DNA of 45,074 bases from a virus (taxonomy: Duplodnaviria > Caudoviricetes). Positions 1-9,263 of this stretch are shown piece after piece. Made by a program: the position numbers and the translations under genes. How positions within the stretch are numbered: position 1 is the stretch's first letter; each line of letters opens with the position of its first letter. The notes under the pieces are model-generated. The model was given only the letters and a program-made list of their open reading frames with translations, did not search any database and had not been told where the DNA came from. The stretch is taken from IMG/VR virus record IMGVR_UViG_3300044674_002114, positions 1-45,074 of that record; one strand, given 5' to 3'.

Positions 1-141
1 GCGATACCACTACGGCTCTTGACTCGGTAAACTCTTACGACTCGACTAATGCCAACCTTAGAATAGGAAGGGCATACAGGTACTATGCCAGCGCTGTTTA
101 TGATGGAAGCCAAGAAGCGCCAGTTGCCCTCCTAATGGAGG
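1..141. repeat. Terminal direct repeat, left copy (circular assembly overlap)
   Basis: 1-141 matches 44934-45074 except G15 versus A44948; one ORF reads across the junction. Confidence 0.95.
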
Positions 142-1778
142 TGCGCCTTTCCAAGGATAGCATACAACTTAAAAGCAGAAAGGCGTTCGAGGGCGAGTAC
201 AATGCAAATTATGTCCGCATAGCCAACGAGACTACGAATCAGGACAAGTTGTACATCATGGGCGACCGCCCAGCGTATAACAGCGGATCACAAGACTTTA
301 CGTCATCTGCTTGGAGAACAGCCACGGGGGGAGGCACGGCAAGCCTCAACGCAAGAACACCTGCCGAGGGCATCGAGGAGTTTGGCTTCTTTCTCAAGGT
401 TCGCCTGCTAGACGATAGTGGCTCTTCGTTGCCTACCCTGAATCGCAGGGTCACAGGCGTCAAGATATACCGATCAGAAGTATTCACGGACGAATCTGGC
501 AAGGCTCAGGAGTCCGAGCCAGCATTTATAAACTTCTACAACCTGTACAACGAATCTGGCGTTACGACTTGGTTTCAAGAGCAGCCAACAGTCGGCAGCT
601 CAGTTTCTTTCGCAGAAGATGGCGACTACATATATCTGTGGGTGCTAGACAGCTTGCCGGGTACGTACACCTTTGAGCAGAACACCGGGTACGCTGCCAC
701 TCTGGATAACATGAACATCCACTGGGCCACGTCCTGCATATCTAACGCCTACCACATCATTGGCAACTGCTGGTCAGAGGAGCTAGAGGATGTGGACACT
801 TGGCTGTTTAGGTCTAAGCCGTTTAGGTACAACACCTTTGACTGGAGCCGAGAGTATCTGGTCCTGCCAAGCAAGCCAACCGCTTTGGTGTCGTACGGAG
901 GCCGTGTATATGCGTTCTCTGCTAGCAGGGTGTATGTAATTGATCCCATTGCCTTTGATATAGAGGAGACGTGGGAAGGCGTTGGCTGCGATTCTGAGAA
1001 AAGTATTGTCTCTACGGAGTCGGGATTGTTCTGGGCGAGCAGGACGGGCATCTATCAGTTTGTAGCTAACGAGGTAATGCCTATTGGCTTGGCCATCAAC
1101 AGGTTATACAAGCCTCCGAAGCACAACGAGCAGGGAGAAGGAAAGAAGGAAGACGTTGGATGGCTAAACCACCACACGTCGTATACCCCTGTTTGTGCAT
1201 ACTCGCCTATTCAGAACAGCCTAATTGTTTACTACAGATACCGCAGAGCCAAAGATGGAAACCCCGTAACGGCTGGCCTTATGTATCATGTTCCAACCGG
1301 AAGATGGGTTCCGTTCACACTGCTTGGAAACTTCCATATAACAAGCGCCCACACCAACTCACTGGGCGACGTGATGTATGCTAGGGATTTGGGCGGCGGT
1401 CTCTTTTACAGAGCGTTTACAAAGACGGATGACTACCGCAGGTGGAGGTTCGTCTCTAGGCAGTATGGCGAGAAGGGGGCTGTTCACAAGTATTACCATG
1501 CCTATGTCAGCACAAGCGACATCAATAACGTAAGCGGACAACCGCCTGCGGTAATCTTTTACAACAACGACTCCGCTTACAATGACGGAATCTTAGCACC
1601 GGCAACCACATCGCTGGACGACAACGCATATCTGCACAAATATGAGCTGACAGAGAATGGCAATCAGTCATGGAACGAGTCTAGGACATTTGCTATAGAG
1701 CTGAGCGACTCCGTGGGCACAAGTGGAATTGACTGCAGTGACGTTACGATTATCAGACGACGAATCAATCCTAGATAA
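3..1778 (+). CDS. 3' part of a 786-aa virion tail protein (tail nozzle / P22 gp10-like stabilisation protein) that starts at 44351
   Basis: In frame with the ORF starting at 44351 (239 aa + 547 aa); beta-propeller-like stretch PTALVSYGGRVYAFS..GCDSEKSIVSTESGLFWAS; lies ahead of the ejection genes. Confidence 0.6.
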   Translation, partial: DTTTALDSVNSYDSTNANLRIGRAYRYYASAVYDGSQEAPVALLMEVRLSKDSIQLKSRKAFEGEYNANYVRIANETTNQDKLYIMGDRPAYNSGSQDFTSSAWRTATGGGTASLNARTPAEGIEEFGFFLKVRLLDDSGSSLPTLNRRVTGVKIYRSEVFTDESGKAQESEPAFINFYNLYNESGVTTWFQEQPTVGSSVSFAEDGDYIYLWVLDSLPGTYTFEQNTGYAATLDNMNIHWATSCISNAYHIIGNCWSEELEDVDTWLFRSKPFRYNTFDWSREYLVLPSKPTALVSYGGRVYAFSASRVYVIDPIAFDIEETWEGVGCDSEKSIVSTESGLFWASRTGIYQFVANEVMPIGLAINRLYKPPKHNEQGEGKKEDVGWLNHHTSYTPVCAYSPIQNSLIVYYRYRRAKDGNPVTAGLMYHVPTGRWVPFTLLGNFHITSAHTNSLGDVMYARDLGGGLFYRAFTKTDDYRRWRFVSRQYGEKGAVHKYYHAYVSTSDINNVSGQPPAVIFYNNDSAYNDGILAPATTSLDDNAYLHKYELTENGNQSWNESRTFAIELSDSVGTSGIDCSDVTIIRRRINPR

Positions 1779-4417
1779 TGGCAAAAGGATCTGCACCAGT
1801 ATCTCGTCTTTCCAAGGAGTACAATCCCAACACTCTGAAGAAGGAGCTTGACCGCATTAGCCGTGCGGTTAATCGCATCTCTGCGAAGAACGAGGACATT
1901 GACAATCGCATCTCTCGTGAGATCGTAGCCGTGCGCAAAAGTGTTGACATTGCAACACAGTTTTCTGATGTGCAGTATTTCACGGAGTGGTACGAGGAGG
2001 AGTCCCTTGGCAAGAAGTATGCTGTTGCTAAGCTCGCCTTTGTGTCCGGATGGGGCAAGGTTGCTGATGTCCAGTATCGACACGCCGAATACGGCAACAC
2101 CCCCGAGACAGAGACTTGGACTGGGCTGCTCACCAGTCCCACGTCTATTGAATGGGTAGAGGACGATGGCACTGGGGAGATAAACTACCCTCAGGGGGGA
2201 TACTATCGCTTCCGGGCAGAGATACCTAAGTATGTATCACGAGAACGAAAAGCAGGATTTCAGGTCCATATTAGAGCCGTTGATGCTGGTGGGTATGCGC
2301 TAGTACAAGAAAGCAACGTATTCGATGTGGACAGGCTTCCGGACGTAATGTCCATGTCGTTGCGCGTTGGCGAGTACGATGGGGCCAACTGGAATGTATA
2401 TGCTACGGGCCAGTGTGACCTAGACAGCTTGTCTGTTGGGCTTAGTGTGCGATCTAGCATAGGCACGACAGGCGCTATTGCCGTAAACAACACGCCAACC
2501 ATCACCCTTAATTTTACCACGCTGTCATACGACCTGTACATTGGCGACGTAGTAAGTATAGGGGCATATTCTTTTGTAATATCCCAAGACGTATCTGCTG
2601 GATCTGGGGTCACTGTGACTGCAGACGCCTCTGGCCCGAGCGATGCGATAGCTTCCGGCACCCCCGCGTATGCCCATTGGAGCTCTGACGAGGACAACCT
2701 GTCGAGCCTTGGCTTTAGTGACTACCAGCAGGATCTTACCGCCAGCAACAAAAACTTTGATGTTTTAATTGGGCAGTATGCTCCGGGTGTCCCTGTTTTT
2801 GCCATTGCCGCAGCATTTAATGAGCTGTCACTGGCTGGCGACTCAAGCGACAAGCTGTATCAGCGTGCAACAATCACAACGCCACAGCCAGAGTATACGT
2901 TTGACGCAGCTGTAGAGATCAACGATGGGGACATTACTGCGAACATGCTTGCTAGCGCATCGCAGAGGGCGTCGGTAAAGATAGACTTGGCCCACAAGGG
3001 CTTTACTACTGCGCTAGAGGACATCCTTACGTACAGCGGCACGATCACATGGGGAGACGGAACGGAGTACACCCTCTCCTCAGGCGACATTCCCAACGGC
3101 ACGCCACCAGTGCCAACAACGCCACAGACGCTATACTATATATTCCATGATCCAGACTCCTCTACGGATAACGACTCGTCTATACACACGGTATCCGATC
3201 CGGAGACAGACCTGCAGATAACCTCCGATGAGAACCTTGCCGGTGATATATCTGGAAGAAGGATTCTTGTAGGCGTTTATTCTGTAGGTACAGAGAACGG
3301 GGAGGCAGCATATTTTGTGTCGAACACAAAGGTGTCGATCACAGCCCCATTTATTTACGCCGCCAAGCTGTCTGCCCTGAGCGCAGACATGGGCACGCTT
3401 ACGGCTGGGAATATAGCCATAACGGCGACTGTGGAGTGGGGGGCCGTTGCTGGCACGGCTGATGCGCCAGAAGACAACGCAACTTTGGGGGCTAGCTGGA
3501 CTGGAAACCTAGCCGACATCCCAGTACGATTTGATACGGGTAATGCCCCAGCAGCATCCGGTCTTTATGCTTCGCCGGATTACTTTGGCTTTTACGACTC
3601 CTCTACCGCCTCGTGGAAGACGTACATGGATTCCTCTGGCAATTTTGCCTTGTCGGGATCTGGAACTGACTTTATGAGCTGGAACTCGGCAGCATCAACC
3701 CTCTCAATACAGGGCCAGATGACGCTTACGGCTGGGTCGTCTGTTGATTTCGACGACGTGACCGGCACAAACAAGCCGGAAGACGGGGCTACTTTTGGCG
3801 CGGATTGGAATGGGGAGATTAGCAATCTTCCAAGCGCGGCATCTAACATAGCGGACTCGGATAGCCCGGCGTCAAGTGGCTTGTATTTAGCCCCAAGCTA
3901 CTTAGGGTTCTGGGACGCCGCATCCTCAACATGGAAGGCGTACATAGATAGCTCCGGAAACTTTGGGCTTGCTGGCGATGCCAACAATAGTGTTACGTGG
4001 AACGGCACGAACTTCAGCGTCTCAACGACAGGCACGTTCACGCACAAGAATGTATCAACCGGCAAAACGGCTACCCTTATAAACGGGATATTTAACTGCG
4101 GGGGCCCCGCTACTGCCTTTTATGACGGAAGCTCTGCCACAATAAATTTCTCTGGGAGCAGTACTGCCTTTCTGGACGGGAGCTTCCTTCATATAACCGG
4201 AGGATCTGCTGACATTCGGCTTGGGAATATCTTGACGCCTCCATTTGTTCTTAATGCTAGCTCTATAACAAGGACTGGCGACTTCACAATATCAGCCACT
4301 ACTGACATTAACCTGTCTGCTGGCGGCAACATAAACTTGGGATCCCTTCCAACCTCATCCACTGGGCTATCTGCGGGCGATTTGTGGAACGACGCAGGCA
4401 CAGTCAAGATAGTCTAG
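1778..4417 (+). CDS. Tail spike/fibre-like virion protein, 879 aa
   Basis: N-terminal coiled coil, Ser/Thr/Gly beta-rich body, AAKLSALSADMGTLTAG motif, two ~80-aa internal repeats (PED.AT.GA.W..SGLY..P.Y.GF.D....WK.Y.DSSGNF), C-terminal LPTS..GDLWNDAGTVKIV; TAATG overlap with the upstream gene. Confidence 0.6.
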   Translation: MAKGSAPVSRLSKEYNPNTLKKELDRISRAVNRISAKNEDIDNRISREIVAVRKSVDIATQFSDVQYFTEWYEEESLGKKYAVAKLAFVSGWGKVADVQYRHAEYGNTPETETWTGLLTSPTSIEWVEDDGTGEINYPQGGYYRFRAEIPKYVSRERKAGFQVHIRAVDAGGYALVQESNVFDVDRLPDVMSMSLRVGEYDGANWNVYATGQCDLDSLSVGLSVRSSIGTTGAIAVNNTPTITLNFTTLSYDLYIGDVVSIGAYSFVISQDVSAGSGVTVTADASGPSDAIASGTPAYAHWSSDEDNLSSLGFSDYQQDLTASNKNFDVLIGQYAPGVPVFAIAAAFNELSLAGDSSDKLYQRATITTPQPEYTFDAAVEINDGDITANMLASASQRASVKIDLAHKGFTTALEDILTYSGTITWGDGTEYTLSSGDIPNGTPPVPTTPQTLYYIFHDPDSSTDNDSSIHTVSDPETDLQITSDENLAGDISGRRILVGVYSVGTENGEAAYFVSNTKVSITAPFIYAAKLSALSADMGTLTAGNIAITATVEWGAVAGTADAPEDNATLGASWTGNLADIPVRFDTGNAPAASGLYASPDYFGFYDSSTASWKTYMDSSGNFALSGSGTDFMSWNSAASTLSIQGQMTLTAGSSVDFDDVTGTNKPEDGATFGADWNGEISNLPSAASNIADSDSPASSGLYLAPSYLGFWDAASSTWKAYIDSSGNFGLAGDANNSVTWNGTNFSVSTTGTFTHKNVSTGKTATLINGIFNCGGPATAFYDGSSATINFSGSSTAFLDGSFLHITGGSADIRLGNILTPPFVLNASSITRTGDFTISATTDINLSAGGNINLGSLPTSSTGLSAGDLWNDAGTVKIV

Positions 4418-4443
4418 CATGCTTGTTAGGTGTCCGCATAACC

Positions 4444-4458
4444 CGTAAATTGCTAGCA
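4444..4458 (+). promoter_or_regulatory. Putative late promoter/operator motif CGTAAAT-TGCTAGCA
   Basis: Intergenic, 18 nt before ATG 4477; similar motifs at 42573 and 44318. Confidence 0.35.
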
Positions 4459-4476
4459 AACTAAAACCCTAGAGCT

Positions 4477-5262
4477 ATGCCATTCGGAATAGGCCGTTTT
4501 CTCAGCAGAAACGCAGGAACCATTGGAACAATCGCCGGATATGCGGTTGGCGGGCCCATTGGCGGCATGATCGGAGGTGCTGCCGGTAGTGCTTTTAGGG
4601 GCACTCGCCCCCAGCAGGGAGGCGGCGGGGGCATGGCTCCCATGTCGTCTGCTCCCATCTACGACACCACTGCCGGAACAGGGCTTGGGTCTCTTTTGAC
4701 CCAGACGGTTGGCTTGGTAAACGAGCAGAGAAATCGGAACACCTTACAGGAGGCGTATCGGGGCGCTCAGGCTGGCGCTCTTGGCCCAGCCGCATACATC
4801 CAGAGCGCAGTCCAGCAGGGCGCAGGCCGCGCAGCGGCACGGCTTGGCATGGAGGGGGCAGAGCGTGAGGCGCAGCAGATTTCTTCTAGGGCCCTACAGG
4901 GGCAGGTGGGATTAGAGCAGCAGAGAGCCCAGACGCTCCTTGGGCTGACGGGTGCTCAGGCTGGTCTCGTCGGGCAGCAGATTCAGGCCCAGCAGTTTGG
5001 CTACCAGCAGCGTCTAGCGGAGCGCCAGCAGCAGGCCAGTGAATACCAGTTTGGCCAGCAAATGGCAATGGCAGAACGCGAGCAAAGTGCGGCAAACCTA
5101 GACGCCCTGTTGGGTCTTGGTGCTACATTGCTTACCTCTCCAACAGAAGGCACTGCCCTTAGCAATGTTATGAGCAGGGGCAGGGGGCGAATCAGTAATC
5201 TTTTTGGCCGTTTTCGCGGGGGAAATCAGACCAGCGTTACGGCAACAATGGGCATGGGATAA
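4477..5262 (+). CDS. Putative internal virion / DNA ejection (pilot) protein
   Basis: Gly-zipper N-terminus (GGPIGGMIGGAAG), Gln/Ala-rich helical body, first gene of a podovirus-type ejection block. Confidence 0.55.
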   Translation: MPFGIGRFLSRNAGTIGTIAGYAVGGPIGGMIGGAAGSAFRGTRPQQGGGGGMAPMSSAPIYDTTAGTGLGSLLTQTVGLVNEQRNRNTLQEAYRGAQAGALGPAAYIQSAVQQGAGRAAARLGMEGAEREAQQISSRALQGQVGLEQQRAQTLLGLTGAQAGLVGQQIQAQQFGYQQRLAERQQQASEYQFGQQMAMAEREQSAANLDALLGLGATLLTSPTEGTALSNVMSRGRGRISNLFGRFRGGNQTSVTATMGMG

Positions 5263-5265
5263 AAA

Positions 5266-5940
5266 ATGGCATACCAGTATAGATTTGTAGACGTCTTGGC
5301 CCGTGGCCTTGAGAACGCTGCCAACCGTGCGGAGCGTGCTGAGGCTGCCCGTGTGCAGCAGGAGCAGTTTAAGACTGAGATGGGACAGCGGAAAAAAGAG
5401 GCGAGCGCTCTAGACAAAATCCGTCAAAGAGAAGCTGACCTTGCACAAGAAAGGCTTGATCTTGACAAGATCAAGACCGAGTCGCAGGCATGGAGAGATG
5501 AGGCTCAGTATCAGCTTGATCTTGAAAGGCTTGAGGTCCAGAAAGAGGGCCTAGAGGTTCAGAAAGAGGCGGCTAAGGCTAGGGGCGAGGTTGCCGTCGA
5601 GCGACCCACTGTTGAAGCTAGGTTTTTGCCACCAGAAGTAAGGGAAAGACTTCAGCTTGCGGACAATGAGCTAATCGACATTGCGCTTCTGCCGACCTAT
5701 AACACGCTTGTCAAAGGCATGGACCTTGGTGAGGGTGGCACAAACATGTATGAGTTTCTTCCTGAGCAAGACCTTCTTGTATCTGGAACGGGGTGGAAGA
5801 GGATTCTAAATGACAGGAATACATCCGCTAAGGATAGGCTGGTCGCGCAGGAGCAGCTCGTGCTGATTCAAAGAGTCCTAGGCAAAGACGTGGCGATACC
5901 AGAACCCGAAAAATCAACCCGAAGCGCTACTGGGTTGTAA
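5266..5940 (+). CDS. Putative internal virion / ejection protein
   Basis: Charged coiled coil; lies between the pilot-like gene and the large cargo genes. Confidence 0.45.
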   Translation: MAYQYRFVDVLARGLENAANRAERAEAARVQQEQFKTEMGQRKKEASALDKIRQREADLAQERLDLDKIKTESQAWRDEAQYQLDLERLEVQKEGLEVQKEAAKARGEVAVERPTVEARFLPPEVRERLQLADNELIDIALLPTYNTLVKGMDLGEGGTNMYEFLPEQDLLVSGTGWKRILNDRNTSAKDRLVAQEQLVLIQRVLGKDVAIPEPEKSTRSATGL

Positions 5941-5978
5941 CCCAATCCACAGACAACAAGCACCTCTGACCATAAGCG

Positions 5979-8900
5979 ATGGAGCCACGCAGTAGCCCAT
6001 ACGAAGAAATCGGGATGGCCTCTGCTAGCCCAGACTTCCTTCAGTACGCCAGTCAGCCCGGCGTTACTCGTCCTCAGATGTATGAGTACCTGAAGACGAC
6101 GCGGCCAGACACGGTTGCCGCTGCAGAAAACGAGCTGAAGCGAAGTCTGGAGGAGGATGACGACACTGGCTTTCTGTCCAGCCTTGGTAATTTTATTAGC
6201 ACGTCTACCAAGATAGGCGGCCTAGCAGCCGTTACTATGGGGCAGCTAGTGACAGGCTTGGGCGCGGCTGTCGAGCAGGGTTTATTTGGTCCCCCAGAAG
6301 GGGATGACGCATATCGCCCGATGCAGAACAAGCTGTTGCTCCTTCGGATGGCGCAGCAATACTTATCTGCAGATGAGGAGATAGCCAGAGGCAATGCTAG
6401 CATCGAGGCTCGCAAGCAGAAGAGAAAGCAAGAGAGGGAGGATGCGGGCTACGAGGCCGAGTACATGCCCATGGTAGATCCCCTGACGGGCGTGACCATT
6501 GTGCCGGAGGCTTCTGAGTTTGTTGCAGACGTTGCCACGGATGTTGCCGACTACGTATCTGCGGCTACAGAAACTATTATCGACGACCCCGCTGGCGGTG
6601 CAGCCTCTGTTGGTTCGCTTGCCGCCCAAACGCTGCCTACCGTAGCAGCTTCCATGGCTGCCTATGCGACAGCTGGGCCTGCTGGCGGCCTTGTGGCTGG
6701 CTCGTTGATGGAGATAGGCGGCCAGTTTTCAGATGCACTGGTAGACCAAGAGACTGGCGGCATCCGAGAGTTGACGGGAAGAGATGCGGCCTTGGCTATC
6801 TCTACCGGAACCCTTGCTGGTATGGTCGAAATGATTGGTGCTAGAGGTGCGGTAAAGGCCATTGGCTCTCTTGCCGATAGCGCGGCACTATCCTCTGGCA
6901 TGAAGAAGGCGTTTAAGCGCGAGCTTATTAACGACGTTATGCAGATTGCCAAGTCTGGCGGCACGGAAGGTGTCACCGAGGCAATCCAGACCGTTATAAC
7001 AAACATCGGGGCAAAGTACGGGTGGGATCCAGACAGGGTTTACACCGAGGGTGTTGGGGAGTCTTTCGTCGCCGGTCTTATTGCCTCCGGAGCAACGGTT
7101 ACAGCCGGAAAAGGAATCTCGTCTGTCGGCAACAGGCTGTCTCCAAGCACTGCGGACATCAGGGATGGTCGCCAGCAGCTGCCCACGCCTGCCGCAGACC
7201 CCGCAATGGTGCAGCAGATACAGGAGGCTGCTACACAGCTTGACAACAATCAGCTTATCGAGGTTGTAGAGGCCGCAGAAGAGGGTGACATTCGGGGCGA
7301 CATCGCCGCACAGGAGCTGGCCAATAGAGAAGATATTGTTAATGCGGATCCAGAAGGGGCTGCATTGGAGTATGAGCAACTAAGCACACAAAAAAAGGTT
7401 ATCAAAGATGGAGCCGAAGCAGCAGCAGAGCCAGCCGCAGAGCCAGCCGCAACCCCAGAAGCAGCAGGAGAGCCAGCCGCAGAAGAGGCAGCTCCCGCCA
7501 TTCAAGTTCGACAGGGAGGGGTGGGAGAAGGAGAAGCAGAAAATGTCGGAGGCACAGTTGAGGATGGTGGAAGCCTTCAACTTGTAAGGAGGGGTGATGA
7601 GACATCTGCGGTAAAGACAGATTATAGCATCACGCCGCAGGGCTTGGGGACAAGGAGGGTTCTCGAGCTGTCTGAAGAAGAGGGGCCAGCCTACTTCAGG
7701 TCGTCCATGGTTTCCGCGCTAGAGGCCAACCCCTATCGCGTAGCTGTTGACGTATACGATGACTACTCTGGCATTAAGGTTTTTGTTAGTGAAGACTCTC
7801 AGGCTGGCGTGGCCGTAAAGCCTGACGGAGACATTGTATCGGTCTTTTCTTCTGGCGCAAGCAACAAAGGCTTTGTTGAATATGGACTTAATGCGGCTGT
7901 AGCGAATGGGGGCACGCACCTAGACGCATACGACACTGTGCTGCCGATTCTGTATGGCATGTCTGGATTCAGAGCCGTTGCTAGGGTTCCCTTTAATGAC
8001 GAATACGCACCTCCGGGGTGGGACTATGACCTGTTTGGGGAATACAATGGCGGTCGCCCAGATGTAGTGTTTATGGTTTACGACCCAGAAAACGCATCTC
8101 CATACAAGGCGGGAGACGGCGTTATGGTTGAGTCGTATGAACAGGGTCAGGCGCTGCAGAGGCAAGAGGTAGACAAGATTCAGGGCCAGTATGCCCCACC
8201 CGGCCCAACGGCATCCGTGTCTGCTAGAGTTAGGTACGCTGACGTGTACCAGAAGATGGCCGCCAAGTCGGATGAGGAAATAGTTTCTGCTGGTAGCGAC
8301 CCGCAGGCGTCCCCGGTAGTTGTAGCGGCAGCCTTCAACCATGCGGTATCTAGGGGTCTAGACGCTCAGGTTCAGCGCCCGCCTATATATATGCCCACCC
8401 GCCAATTCGCCCCAGACGCAGAGATGTCGCAGATTAGCGATGTCGATCTGGTGGACATGGCAGACAGGATGGGTATTCCGGATGCGGCAAACCAGAACCC
8501 AATTATACTTCGGGGCAAGATGTCTGATGCCCTCTACTCCGGATCTGTTGTAGACACTATTCCAGCCGGGGCCACGATGGATCAGTCGCTGGATCACGTC
8601 GCGGTTCACAGCCAGAACAGGTATGAAGTGCTAGATGCTATGGTTATTGCCAGAGAGCAGGGCACTCAGTCAGAAATATATCAGAAGCTGTCTAGCAGAT
8701 ACACGGAACTCACCGGCAAAGCTCCGTCATCTATGGAGCAGCGCCAGTGGGACCGCGTTCGCAATAGCACGCTGTATCAAAATGCACAGCTCAGTGAAGA
8801 CCTTCCGGCAATAGCGTCTACATTCCTGTCGAGAACAGGCGTGGACATGAGCCAAGCTACCTATGCCGAGCTAGAAGCGATGGCAGACGATGTTATGCTT

Positions 8901-9263
8901 ATGGGTCTGGGCCAAACGACATCATTCCCAGAGGCCGTTTCTTATCTTTCCGAGCAGGATATAACAACCTCCGACAGAATTAGGCTGTCCAATGAAATAC
9001 GAAAACAAGCAGACGAGCTCTTCGACCGGCAAGCAGGCCAAGGCGCGTTCGCACCTCAGCAGGCCCCGAGTGTCTTCGGAGCTGCGCTCCCTGCTCCGGC
9101 AAGCAGTGCAGGGGCAACAGCAGAAACCCAAGTAATAGCCGCGCTTGGCGCAGAGGCAACAACGAGACGCGATAACGGTGTGGGCTACTCCTCTTTTAGG
9201 TCTATGTTTGCGGAGGCGAAGCAGCTTGCCGCAAGATTGGCAAACTCTAGCACATGTAAATAA
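5979..9263 (+). CDS. Large ejection/polyvalent protein with a central GNAT-like domain
   Basis: Gly/Ala-rich membrane-like segment with EGGTEGVTE-type motif (SGGTEGVTEAIQ), EPAA linker repeats, domain GDIVSVF..GGTHLDAYD.LP.LY..GF..VARVPFNDEYAP.GWDY..PDVVFM. Confidence 0.6.
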   Translation: MEPRSSPYEEIGMASASPDFLQYASQPGVTRPQMYEYLKTTRPDTVAAAENELKRSLEEDDDTGFLSSLGNFISTSTKIGGLAAVTMGQLVTGLGAAVEQGLFGPPEGDDAYRPMQNKLLLLRMAQQYLSADEEIARGNASIEARKQKRKQEREDAGYEAEYMPMVDPLTGVTIVPEASEFVADVATDVADYVSAATETIIDDPAGGAASVGSLAAQTLPTVAASMAAYATAGPAGGLVAGSLMEIGGQFSDALVDQETGGIRELTGRDAALAISTGTLAGMVEMIGARGAVKAIGSLADSAALSSGMKKAFKRELINDVMQIAKSGGTEGVTEAIQTVITNIGAKYGWDPDRVYTEGVGESFVAGLIASGATVTAGKGISSVGNRLSPSTADIRDGRQQLPTPAADPAMVQQIQEAATQLDNNQLIEVVEAAEEGDIRGDIAAQELANREDIVNADPEGAALEYEQLSTQKKVIKDGAEAAAEPAAEPAATPEAAGEPAAEEAAPAIQVRQGGVGEGEAENVGGTVEDGGSLQLVRRGDETSAVKTDYSITPQGLGTRRVLELSEEEGPAYFRSSMVSALEANPYRVAVDVYDDYSGIKVFVSEDSQAGVAVKPDGDIVSVFSSGASNKGFVEYGLNAAVANGGTHLDAYDTVLPILYGMSGFRAVARVPFNDEYAPPGWDYDLFGEYNGGRPDVVFMVYDPENASPYKAGDGVMVESYEQGQALQRQEVDKIQGQYAPPGPTASVSARVRYADVYQKMAAKSDEEIVSAGSDPQASPVVVAAAFNHAVSRGLDAQVQRPPIYMPTRQFAPDAEMSQISDVDLVDMADRMGIPDAANQNPIILRGKMSDALYSGSVVDTIPAGATMDQSLDHVAVHSQNRYEVLDAMVIAREQGTQSEIYQKLSSRYTELTGKAPSSMEQRQWDRVRNSTLYQNAQLSEDLPAIASTFLSRTGVDMSQATYAELEAMADDVMLMGLGQTTSFPEAVSYLSEQDITTSDRIRLSNEIRKQADELFDRQAGQGAFAPQQAPSVFGAALPAPASSAGATAETQVIAALGAEATTRRDNGVGYSSFRSMFAEAKQLAARLANSSTCK
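7416..7487 (+). repeat. Intragenic GAGCCAGCCGCA repeats (EPAA linker)
   Basis: Three copies of gagccagccgca encoding EAAAEPAAEPAATPEAAGEPAAEE. Confidence 0.8.

Noticed and set aside
1-141. Biological terminal repeat
   Set aside because: It falls in the middle of a structural gene and is best explained as assembly overlap
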